Shown in pieces: positions 1 through 7,511 of a stretch of 32,000 nucleotides of DNA. How positions within the stretch are numbered: position 1 is the stretch's first letter; each line of letters opens with the position of its first letter. Made by a program: the position numbers and the translations under genes. The notes under the pieces are model-generated. The model did no database searches. It had not been told where the DNA came from and was given only the letters and a program-made list of their open reading frames with translations. Source of the stretch: Campylobacterales bacterium (GTDB taxonomy: Bacteria > Campylobacterota > Campylobacteria > Campylobacterales > Sulfurimonadaceae); contig JACXUG010000001.1 of NCBI GenBank assembly GCA_014764065.1, forward strand, positions 17,234 to 49,233. Reading direction: 5' to 3'.

Positions 1-59
1 CGACAGTATACGCTACAATCGCTGTTAAAGTTGTGTATACAGGCACTGGGAGAAGCGGG

Positions 60-524
60 ATGAAATGGACGGGGTATGCGGTTGCGATCGCGGTATTGTT
101 GGCGCTGTAGGGGTGCGAAGCGATGGTGTTCCAGCCCGATTCACGGCTCTACGCGACACCGACCGATCTCAATCTCAGTTACCGGGAGGTGCATTTCGAC
201 TCCCGAGGCGGGACACGGCTGTCGGGCTGGTAGCTCGACCCACGGTCTGCGCTGCTGTTTAATGCCCTGGCGCTGGCGGTGCTGAAACTCTACCCTGCCG
301 GTTCCAAAGACAGCATCATCTCTGCGAACCACAGCTGGCAGCTCTTTGACGCTTCGGCGCGGCCGCGCGCTTTCTGGCTCGTACAGGAGGCGGGACACAT
401 TACTGCATTCAACAGCCCCCGTGTCCGGGCGCGGTTTCTCGCCTTTTTACGCCACTGGGCTTTCGATCCGGATGCCTCGGCTATGCTGATTTTCGATACA
501 ATTAAACAAAAAAGTGAGGAGTAG
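60..524 (+). pseudogene. Alpha/beta-hydrolase relic: N-terminal anchor and C-terminal His region kept, catalytic core deleted, two in-frame TAG stops
   Basis: One frame from ATG 60 to TAG 522-524 (155 codons) reads MKWTGYAVAIAVLLAL*GCEAMVFQPDSRLYATPTDLNLSYREVHFDSRGGTRLSGW*LDPRSALLF...YPAGSKDSIISANHSWQLFDAS..WLVQEAGHITAF. The ends look like the N-terminus (membrane anchor, DG..L.GW) and C-terminus (catalytic-His GH motif) of a membrane-anchored alpha/beta hydrolase. There are in-frame TAG codons at 108-110 and 231-233, and no GxSxG nucleophile segment. Confidence 0.55.
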
Positions 525-1386
525 CGTGAAACGGATCATCGCTAAACTGCATGATTTCAACGAGCTGGTGATGTTCCAGCACTCCATTTTCTCTCTCCCT
601 TTCATCTTTATCGCGATGATCGTCGCGGCCGAAGGGTGGTTCGGTTTTTCGCTGCTACTGCTGGGGATTCTTGCGGCGATCTCGGCGCGCAACTTCGCCA
701 TGGGGGTCAACCGCTACGCCGACCGTGATATCGATGCGCAGAACCCGCGAACTCAGGGGCGCCCCAATGCCGACGGCCGCCTCGACAGTACGACGATCCT
801 GCTCTTTTCCGTCGTCAATGCGCTCGTCTTTATTATTGTCGCCTACCTGATAAACGATCTGGCCTTTACGCTGGCGATTCCGGTACTGGCGGTGCTGGGG
901 AGCTATTCGTATTTCAAGCGTTTCAGCGAACTGGCCCACGTCGTGCTGGGCATCTCCCTGGGCCTGGCACCCCTGGCCGGGGTGGTCGCCGTGAGCGAGA
1001 GCGTACCGCAGTGGTCGGTGCTGCTCTCCCTAGGCGTCCTGTTCTGGGTCGCCGGGTTCGACCTGCTCTATTCGCTGCAGGACATCGAGTTCGACAAGCT
1101 TCACGGGCTACACTCCGTTCCTTCCGTCTACGGTCCGAAAGCGACCCTCTTTATCTCGACACTCTTTCATCTCAACACGGTGCTGTTCTGGTGGATGTTC
1201 GTCTGGGCGGCGGAATTGGGCTTTTTCGCCTGGATGGCCGTGGCAGTGAGTGCGCTGATGCTGGGGTACGAACACTATCTCGTCCGCAAGGACTTCACGA
1301 AGATCGACCGCGCTTTCTTCACGGTCAACGGCTACCTTGGGATCGTTTTCTTGGTGCTGATTATTCTGGACGTGTGGCTAGGCTAG
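514..1386 (+). CDS. UbiA-family aromatic prenyltransferase (4-hydroxybenzoate polyprenyltransferase-like; possibly the menaquinone/futalosine-pathway prenyltransferase)
   Basis: Has the Asp-rich UbiA motif NRYADRDIDAQNPRT and a second motif YSLQDIEFDKLHG, with multiple hydrophobic helices. GTG 514 sits inside an AGGAG (517-521), so GTG 526 (VKRIIAKLHDF) is the likelier start. Confidence 0.85.
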   Translation: MRSSVKRIIAKLHDFNELVMFQHSIFSLPFIFIAMIVAAEGWFGFSLLLLGILAAISARNFAMGVNRYADRDIDAQNPRTQGRPNADGRLDSTTILLFSVVNALVFIIVAYLINDLAFTLAIPVLAVLGSYSYFKRFSELAHVVLGISLGLAPLAGVVAVSESVPQWSVLLSLGVLFWVAGFDLLYSLQDIEFDKLHGLHSVPSVYGPKATLFISTLFHLNTVLFWWMFVWAAELGFFAWMAVAVSALMLGYEHYLVRKDFTKIDRAFFTVNGYLGIVFLVLIILDVWLG

Positions 1387-1394
1387 GCTTTTAG

Positions 1395-1425
1395 TACTGA
1401 AATCGTTTCAGTAGGCAGCGCTGCC
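1395..1425. terminator. Two adjacent palindromes in the convergent gap between the prenyltransferase and cytochrome c553 genes; possible bidirectional terminator
   Basis: TACTGAAA-tcg-TTTCAGTA (1395-1413, 8-bp stem, 3-nt loop) is followed directly by the 12-nt palindrome GGCAGCGCTGCC (1414-1425). There is no clear U-tract on either strand. Confidence 0.25.
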
Positions 1426-1540
1426 CGTTCGCTGTGATGACGGATAAGGTTTGTCTTGATTCGTTTGAGGGTTTTATTAACGCGGAGTAGGGTGAAAAGT
1501 AGATAAAGGTGTCCCGCGGGGATGCGGAACGGGGCCGGAA

Positions 1541-1837
1541 TTACTTCAGGCCTGCGATGTAAGCTGAAACAGCTTTGATGTCTGCTTCGGAGTACTGAGC
1601 AACCTGACCTTTCATCAGTGCACCCATACCGTATACGTTGCGTGTACCAGCTTTGTACTCGTTGAGAGCCGCTTCAGTTGTAGCTGCGTCCCAGCCCTGG
1701 ATAACTTGAGATTTGCCGAGGGCTTTTTTCTCGGCGTTTGGACCGTGGCATGTAACACATTTTTTGTACAGGGCAGCACCGTCAGCCGCCATCAGAGAAA
1801 CGCTTGCAACAAGCAGAGTAAGAGCAACTTTTTTCAT
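1541..1837 (-). CDS. Periplasmic monoheme class I c-type cytochrome (cytochrome c553-like)
   Basis: Signal peptide MKKVALTLLVASVSLMA, a single heme-binding CVTCH motif, and a distal Met region GMGALMKG. The mature protein would be about 80 aa. A GGAGA ribosome-binding site lies upstream of the ATG. Confidence 0.85.
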   Translation of the reverse strand: MKKVALTLLVASVSLMAADGAALYKKCVTCHGPNAEKKALGKSQVIQGWDAATTEAALNEYKAGTRNVYGMGALMKGQVAQYSEADIKAVSAYIAGLK

Positions 1838-1869
1838 TAGTAGGTCTCCAAGTGAAAATTTCGAGGTTC

Positions 1870-1875
1870 ATTATA
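1870..1875 (-). promoter_or_regulatory. Candidate -10 box (TATAAT) for the cytochrome c553 gene
   Basis: The minus strand reads ctgTATAATgaacc, with the hexamer's last base 33 nt upstream of the ATG at 1837, inside an AT-rich divergent intergenic region. Confidence 0.3.
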
Positions 1876-1982
1876 CAGATTTGACTCTTAAACATTGTTA
1901 ATTATTCCTAATTGGTTTCACTTAACGAGATCTTCACTTCTGTTGAACAAATGGGGCCCTTAGAGGGTTGTTACGTTCAAAA

Positions 1983-1991
1983 TGGTAAAAT
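1983..1991 (+). promoter_or_regulatory. Candidate extended -10 (TGgTAAAAT) for the hldD-hldE operon
   Basis: TGGTAAAAT lies 29 nt upstream of the preferred hldD start at 2020. The TGn-extended -10 is the typical promoter architecture in Campylobacterota. Confidence 0.3.
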
Positions 1992-2019
1992 CCCCATTAT
2001 TTTTAACATGGGGAAAACG

Positions 2020-3027
2020 ATGCGCTATATTGATGACGACCTGAAAGACAAGACGATTCTGATCACGGGGGGCGCGGGTTTTATCGGTGCGAACCTGGCC
2101 TTCTATTTTCAGGAGAATCACCCCGATGCCCATGTCGTCGTCCTCGACAGTTTCCGCAGCGGCGAGACGCTCAGCAACGGAAACCTCAAAAGCTTCGGCC
2201 ACTTCAAGAATCTGATCGGTTTCCGCGGCGAGGTGATCAGCGGTGACATCAACGACAAGGCGCTGCTGGCCAAGTTGGAGCGGGATTACAATTTCGACTA
2301 CATCTTCCACGAAGCAGCTATCTCCGACACGACGGCGCTGGAGCAGGACCTGATGATCCGCACGAACCTTAACGCCTACAAAGACCTCCTCGACATGGCG
2401 GTGCGCCAGGGGGCAAACATGATCTACGCCTCTTCGGGCGCGACGTACGGTGACGCCCCCTCGCCGCAGCGCGTCGGGGTCGAAGCACCGCAGAACGTCT
2501 ACGGCTTCTCCAAGCTGATGATGGACCATCTCAGCCGCGATTACATGAAGCGCGAGAAGATCGGTATCGTCGGACTGCGCTACTTCAATGTCTACGGACC
2601 GCGGGAGTTCTTCAAGAACAAGACCGCCTCGATGGTCGTGCAGTTTGGCCACCAGATCCTCGCCGGCAAGAACCCGCGCCTCTTCGAAGGTTCGGACAAG
2701 ATCGTACGCGATTTCATCTACATCGAGGATATTATCCAGGCGAACATCCTGGCGATGCATCCCAAGGAGAGCGGGATCTACAACGTCGGCACGGGCAAGG
2801 CGCGCTCCTTTCAGTCCATCGTCGACACGCTCCAAAAAGAGCTGGGAACGGAGCTGCCGTGCGAATACATCCCGAACCCCTTCGTCGGGCGCTACCAGTT
2901 CCACACCGAGGCGGATATCGAGAGTACCAAGCAGGGGCTGGGGTATGCGCCGCGCTATGAACTCGAAGACGGGATCAAAGCCTATATCCCCGAGATCAAG
3001 CGCCTTTTTGAAGAAGAGGTCAAATGA
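2020..3027 (+). CDS. hldD: ADP-L-glycero-D-manno-heptose 6-epimerase
   Basis: MRYIDDDLKDKTILITGGAGFIGANLA carries the Rossmann GxxGxxG motif of an SDR-family epimerase. The YxxxK region YGFSKLMMD is present and length and N-terminus fit HldD/RfaD. The track ORF starts at 1912, but those 36 upstream codons have no homology-like content. ATG 2020 is preceded by GGGGAAAA. Confidence 0.9.
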   Translation: MRYIDDDLKDKTILITGGAGFIGANLAFYFQENHPDAHVVVLDSFRSGETLSNGNLKSFGHFKNLIGFRGEVISGDINDKALLAKLERDYNFDYIFHEAAISDTTALEQDLMIRTNLNAYKDLLDMAVRQGANMIYASSGATYGDAPSPQRVGVEAPQNVYGFSKLMMDHLSRDYMKREKIGIVGLRYFNVYGPREFFKNKTASMVVQFGHQILAGKNPRLFEGSDKIVRDFIYIEDIIQANILAMHPKESGIYNVGTGKARSFQSIVDTLQKELGTELPCEYIPNPFVGRYQFHTEADIESTKQGLGYAPRYELEDGIKAYIPEIKRLFEEEVK

Positions 3028-4460
3028 TCCCGATCCTGCGTAACAGCCGTCCGAATATCCTCGTCATCGGGGACCTGATGATCGATCACTACCTCTGGGG
3101 TCGGGCGGAACGTATCTCCCCCGAGGCACCGGTGCAGGTCGTCGACGTCGCCAACGAGACGACGGTGCTGGGCGGGGCGGGCAACGTCATCAACAACCTG
3201 ATCGCCCTGGGCGCCTCCGTCAGCGTCGCCTCGGCCATCGGGGACGACGCCAACGGCAAGGAGTTGACGCTGATGCTCAAAAGCATCGGTGTCAAGACGG
3301 AGGGGCTGGTGACGCAGGCAGGCCGCAAGACGAGCAAAAAGAGCCGCGTCATCGCCGCGAACCAGCAGATCCTCCGCTACGACAAGGAGTCCAAGGATGC
3401 CATTACGGAGGCTTCCGAGACGAAGATCCTTGCCGCGGTCGAGAAGGACCTTTTCCTCTACGACATCATTATCCTCTCCGACTACGGCAAGGGGGTCCTG
3501 ACCCCGGCACTGGCCCAGGGGATCATTAGCCGTGCACGCCGGGGGGGCAAGAAGGTGCTCGTCGACCCGAAAGGGCGCGACTACTCGAAGTACCGCGGTG
3601 CGCACCTGCTTACCCCCAACAAAAAAGAGGCAATCGAAGCGACCGGCATCGAGATCACGGACAGTGAAAGCTTGCAGTCCGCGCTGCTGTGGCTCAAGAA
3701 CGAATGTGACCTCGACTGCTCCATGATCACCCTCTCCGAGGACGGGATCGCGATTTTCGATGAGAAGCTCAAGCGTTTCCCGACCGTGGCGCAGGAGGTC
3801 TATGACGTGACGGGGGCGGGCGATACGGTGATCGCCTCCATCGCGTTCGGCCTCAGTTCGGGGCTCAGCATCGACGATGCGGCCCGCTTCGCGAACCTCG
3901 CCGCCGGCGTCGTTGTCGGCAAGATCGGTTCGGCGACGGTGACCCTCGATGAGATCGAAGAGTATGAGGTGATGTTGCACCAGAGCAGCTCCGATGCGCA
4001 CATCAAGAGCTTCGAGGAGATCGACCGGATCGTCAACCGCTGCCGCGCGGGGGGTAAACGCATCGTCTTCACCAACGGCTGTTTCGACATCCTGCACGTC
4101 GGCCACGTCAAGTACCTGCAGGCGGCCAAGAGCTTCGGCGACGTCCTGATCGTCGGGCTCAATTCCGACGCCTCCGTCCGTGCGCTCAAGGGGCCGTCGC
4201 GCCCGGTCAACGGCGAAAATGACCGCGCCTATATCCTCGCCGCGCTTGAGTCGGTGGACTATGTTGTCAAGTTCAGTGACGATACGCCCTACGAACTGAT
4301 CAAAATGCTCCGCCCCGACGTCCTTGTCAAGGGGGGGGATTATGAAGGCAAAGCGGTCGTCGGAACCGAATTTGCAGGGGAACTTAAACTCGTCGATTTC
4401 GTCGAAGGCAAAAGTACAACGAAGACCATAGCCAAAATCCAGGAGGGAATAACATGCTGA
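3024..4460 (+). CDS. hldE: Bifunctional D-beta-D-heptose 7-phosphate kinase / D-beta-D-heptose 1-phosphate adenylyltransferase
   Basis: N-terminal ribokinase-like domain (VIGDLMIDHY, DVTGAGDT) plus C-terminal cytidylyltransferase domain (FTNGCFDILHVGHVKYL). 478 aa. ATGA overlap with hldD. Confidence 0.93.
   Translation: MIPILRNSRPNILVIGDLMIDHYLWGRAERISPEAPVQVVDVANETTVLGGAGNVINNLIALGASVSVASAIGDDANGKELTLMLKSIGVKTEGLVTQAGRKTSKKSRVIAANQQILRYDKESKDAITEASETKILAAVEKDLFLYDIIILSDYGKGVLTPALAQGIISRARRGGKKVLVDPKGRDYSKYRGAHLLTPNKKEAIEATGIEITDSESLQSALLWLKNECDLDCSMITLSEDGIAIFDEKLKRFPTVAQEVYDVTGAGDTVIASIAFGLSSGLSIDDAARFANLAAGVVVGKIGSATVTLDEIEEYEVMLHQSSSDAHIKSFEEIDRIVNRCRAGGKRIVFTNGCFDILHVGHVKYLQAAKSFGDVLIVGLNSDASVRALKGPSRPVNGENDRAYILAALESVDYVVKFSDDTPYELIKMLRPDVLVKGGDYEGKAVVGTEFAGELKLVDFVEGKSTTKTIAKIQEGITC
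4331..4338 (+). repeat. G8 homopolymer inside hldE (codons for K-G-G-D)
   Basis: Read directly: caa GGGGGGGG at. See findings for the frameshift consequences. Confidence 0.9.
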
Positions 4461-5056
4461 AAACTTTGGTAGCTACGCTGGCGCTCGGCTGCTCGCTGTT
4501 CGCGATGCACGAAGTGGAACTGAACCTGAACAACTACGATCTCAATCTGAAACTCGATCTTGATATGGGGCAGTTCAACGATGCCGTCGATCCGGAGACC
4601 GTTTTTGTCGGTGCACGCTATCTGCACGGCTCCTACCATCACAGCGACGAACTGCGTGACAAGGATCACGATCTTGTCGACCTGCACTTTGCCGTCGGGG
4701 AGCACCTGGATGCCAACCGCGCACTCAAGCTCGGGCTCGGGGCGAAGCTGGTCTATACTTCGATTGAAGGGTATGACTATTACGCCATGCCGCTTGGACT
4801 CTTCGTGCGCTATAGACTGCCGTTGAACCTGGCGATTCCCTTCATCGTTGGTTTCGATCTTTACTATGCGCCGCAGGTGCTTGCCTGGCAGGATGCGAAG
4901 AGCTACCTGGAGTATGACGTGTCGCTCGATATCCAGATTATCGAACGTGCCGCGGTGACGGCGGGGTATCGCAAGATCGATACGGACTTCGATCTCCCCG
5001 GCAGGGATTTCACCTTCAACGAGGCGTGGTTCGCCGGCGTCAAGTTCCGCTTCTAA
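4454..5056 (+). CDS. Small outer-membrane beta-barrel protein, YfaZ-family-like
   Basis: Signal peptide MLKTLVATLALGCSLFA, alternating amphipathic strands, and a C-terminal aromatic terminus VKFRF. YYAPQ....AGYRKID resembles the E. coli YfaZ C-terminal half as remembered (YYYSPD...AGYRYLN). Strong RBS AGGAGGG; 7-nt overlap with hldE. Confidence 0.6.
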   Translation: MLKTLVATLALGCSLFAMHEVELNLNNYDLNLKLDLDMGQFNDAVDPETVFVGARYLHGSYHHSDELRDKDHDLVDLHFAVGEHLDANRALKLGLGAKLVYTSIEGYDYYAMPLGLFVRYRLPLNLAIPFIVGFDLYYAPQVLAWQDAKSYLEYDVSLDIQIIERAAVTAGYRKIDTDFDLPGRDFTFNEAWFAGVKFRF

Positions 5057-5077
5057 ACCTTTGCGCCATCGGCGGGG

Positions 5078-6136
5078 TCAGACGATGAGCTGCTCCGCCG
5101 CTTCAATCACTTCGTATGCCTCAATCGATTGCATACATTCATGATGTTTCAAGGGACATTCACGTTTCATGCAGGGGGCGCACTCCAGGTCGTGGCGGAC
5201 GATGGCGCTTTTGGGGTTGCCCCACTGGCAGGTCTCTTTGTGGCGCGTCGGGCCGAAGATGGCGACGGTGGGTACGCGGTAAGCGGCGGCAACATGCATG
5301 GGGCCGCTGTCGTTCGTGATAAAGAGCGAGAGGCTGCCGACGGCGGCGCAGAGTTCGGGAATGGTCGTTTCCCCCGCGAGGTTGCGGTAGTTCTCTACCC
5401 CCCGTTCCTGCAGATCCTTTTCAATTGCCTCCGCCATCGCCGTCTCCCCCGGTCCCCCGAAGATCACGATGTCGTAACGGTCGGAAAAATGGGCGGCGAC
5501 GGCGGCAAACTTTTCGGGGTACCACCGCTTGGCCGAACCGTAGGTCGCCCCCGGGTTGATGCCGAGCGTCGGTCTGTCAAAGTGCTGCGGTGTGATGAAA
5601 AGGCGCAGCGGTCCGGGTGCAGTTTTGTTACCGCAGAGGCGGTCGGCCAGCCGCTGGTACTGTTCGACAAGATGTAAAGAGTGCTTTATTAAGTGCGGTT
5701 TATCTGCACGTGAGCCCTCTGCTGAAGAGAGCTCGGCGTTAGCGTAGTCGGAGGAATTTCTTTCCTCCGGCGTGATTTTGACGGCATCCGTCAAAAATAA
5801 TAATGAATGCCAGCTCCTGCGGGCGACGGTCCTGGGGGTTCCCGTCCAGCGCAGCAGCAGTGACGCGTGCAGCTGGTTACGGAAACTGACCGCCGCGTCA
5901 TGGCGGCCGATCATTTTGGCGAAGCGGTAGGTGTTGGCGAGGCGGTTTCCGCCTTTTTTCGTTTCGTCGACATAGGCATTGACACACATCGGGTGGTGTT
6001 TGAGGGCTTCGACGGAGACGAAGGAGCCGACGAGGGTTAGTCGCGCCCGGGGGTAGCATTCGCAGAGCGATTTGATGGCAGCCGTGGCCATCACCGCGTC
6101 GCCGAGCCAGTTGGGCAGGATGACCAGAAGCTTCAC
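5078..6136 (-). CDS. waaF: ADP-heptose:LPS heptosyltransferase II (GT9)
   Basis: MKLLVILPNWLGDAVM, PGATYGSAKRW, NLAGETT and TNDSGPMHVAAA match WaaF signatures, with a Cys-rich tail (CAPCMKRECPLKHHECM). GTG start overlaps the upstream gene's stop (GTGA). Confidence 0.78.
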   Translation of the reverse strand: MKLLVILPNWLGDAVMATAAIKSLCECYPRARLTLVGSFVSVEALKHHPMCVNAYVDETKKGGNRLANTYRFAKMIGRHDAAVSFRNQLHASLLLRWTGTPRTVARRSWHSLLFLTDAVKITPEERNSSDYANAELSSAEGSRADKPHLIKHSLHLVEQYQRLADRLCGNKTAPGPLRLFITPQHFDRPTLGINPGATYGSAKRWYPEKFAAVAAHFSDRYDIVIFGGPGETAMAEAIEKDLQERGVENYRNLAGETTIPELCAAVGSLSLFITNDSGPMHVAAAYRVPTVAIFGPTRHKETCQWGNPKSAIVRHDLECAPCMKRECPLKHHECMQSIEAYEVIEAAEQLIV

Positions 6137-7395
6137 GCATCGTCCTTTTCAATCAGATAGACCGGAGCGCCGGAGACGGTCAGCGCATCCGTCGTAAAGG
6201 TGCCGCCGTCACGGCCGATAAAGTGACGGGGCTCGGCAAAGTGCTGGAGATACTCGGTCCCGTTTGTCCAGAAGATCCGCAGCAGCCCTTCGGGGCGCTG
6301 CAGCAGCATCTCGAAGCGGTTGCGCCGCTGCTGCAGGGCAATGTGACGCGCCTCCTTCAACAGAGACGCCATGGTTTTGAAGGCACGAAACGCTGGGCGC
6401 TCATACCACCCTTCCCGGGTATCGACAAGCCCGTAGCCAGGGGCGGCGAGCTGGTGCCAGTAGACGGTCGCGACCTGCTGGGTGGCCAGGGCGAGCAGGT
6501 AGTAGCGCACCATGTAGGAGGCGGCGGTTTCCTCGTCGACGCACTCCTTTTCGCTGGTGGGCGCGTAGGGGGCCGTCCCCGTCAGGGGCCAGTTGGCTTC
6601 GGTGAGATATAGGGGGTATTTTGCCCGGGGAGAAAGCATCACCAGTGAGGAGAGAAAGTTGATCTTGCACGGCAGGTCGCACCCGGCCTGGGTGTTTTCC
6701 GGCGCTCCGCGGCGGTCGACGTAGAGCAGGGCATTGACGGCGTCGAACCGGATACCACGGAGATTGAAAAGGGCGTGGGCGGCGAAATGGTATTCGAAAT
6801 CAATGACGCCTGGGCCGATCAGCTGCAGTTCCGGGAAGTGATCGTCGCGGAGCTGCTGCGCCGTTTTGAAGAACTCCAGATACTCGTTGACACTTGCAAA
6901 GCCCCACTTCGCACGGTTAATGGTCGTGCCGATCTGGAAGCGCTTCCCGAAGGGGGCGAGGGCGCTAAAGGTCCGCTCGAGCGACCGGCGGCCGAGTGCT
7001 TCATCTTCAATGTGTTCGCGGTCTTGCATCAACACGAAGAGCAGTTGCTTCCCTTCGAGTTTCCGGGCGAAGGCGGTGATCTCCTCCAGTGCCTCGGGTT
7101 CCCAGAGTTTGACCCGGATGAGCAGCGCTTCGACATCAAGCGCGGCAACGGCATCGAGCGTGGCATCGGGCGCGCGGAGGGGATCGATGATGAGGCCAGT
7201 GAAATGGGCGGACTCCACCGGACGTCGGCGCAGAAAGGGCATGGCCAGCAGCGCGAGCGGCAGCCAGACCAGGCCCGAGAGCGCCGTTTTTACAAGGGAG
7301 CCCCGCTGTGCTTTTCGCAGGCGGCGTTTGAGGGCGCGGTCTTTGAGCTGATAGGGCTGGTCGGAGTGGAAATCCCAGGCGTACGGCGGTTTCAT
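6133..7395 (-). CDS. Membrane-anchored TIM-barrel glycoside-hydrolase-like protein; function uncertain
   Basis: 420 aa. Basic N-terminus, then one hydrophobic helix (ALSGLVWLPLALLAMPFL). The body has clan-A-like features (SVNEY, LYLTEANWP, VYWHQL) suggestive of acid/base and nucleophile Glu residues. Translationally coupled to waaF. Confidence 0.55.
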   Translation of the reverse strand: MKPPYAWDFHSDQPYQLKDRALKRRLRKAQRGSLVKTALSGLVWLPLALLAMPFLRRRPVESAHFTGLIIDPLRAPDATLDAVAALDVEALLIRVKLWEPEALEEITAFARKLEGKQLLFVLMQDREHIEDEALGRRSLERTFSALAPFGKRFQIGTTINRAKWGFASVNEYLEFFKTAQQLRDDHFPELQLIGPGVIDFEYHFAAHALFNLRGIRFDAVNALLYVDRRGAPENTQAGCDLPCKINFLSSLVMLSPRAKYPLYLTEANWPLTGTAPYAPTSEKECVDEETAASYMVRYYLLALATQQVATVYWHQLAAPGYGLVDTREGWYERPAFRAFKTMASLLKEARHIALQQRRNRFEMLLQRPEGLLRIFWTNGTEYLQHFAEPRHFIGRDGGTFTTDALTVSGAPVYLIEKDDA

Positions 7396-7401
7396 GTCGG
7401 C

Positions 7402-7407
7402 ATTATA
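7402..7407 (-). promoter_or_regulatory. Candidate -10 box (TATAAT) placed so the GH-like/waaF mRNA would be leaderless
   Basis: The minus strand reads cgaTATAATgccgacATG. The last T of the hexamer is exactly 7 nt before the A of the ATG at 7395, and there is no Shine-Dalgarno sequence. Confidence 0.25.
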
Positions 7408-7511
7408 TCGTGTATTGCACCGCCTTCGTAACCGCGGAGTAATCGCCTCAATGGGCTTCTAACCGTGGATGAGATAAAATATACCCCATTAAAACAGCAG
7501 CAAGGACACTC

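Noticed and set aside
1960-4106. Long minus-strand ORFs (1960..2904, 314 aa; 2982..4106, 374 aa) antisense to hldD and hldE.
   Set aside because: They exactly shadow well-supported plus-strand genes. Their translations are Arg/Asp/Val/Gly-rich low-complexity sequence typical of antisense frames in GC-rich coding DNA. They have no RBS or family motifs.
4454-4510. Possible lipoprotein signal (LALGC) in the YfaZ-like protein.
   Set aside because: Residues at -3 to -1 (A-L-G) do not fit the L-[AST]-[GA]-C lipobox. An ordinary signal-peptidase I site after LFA is more likely.
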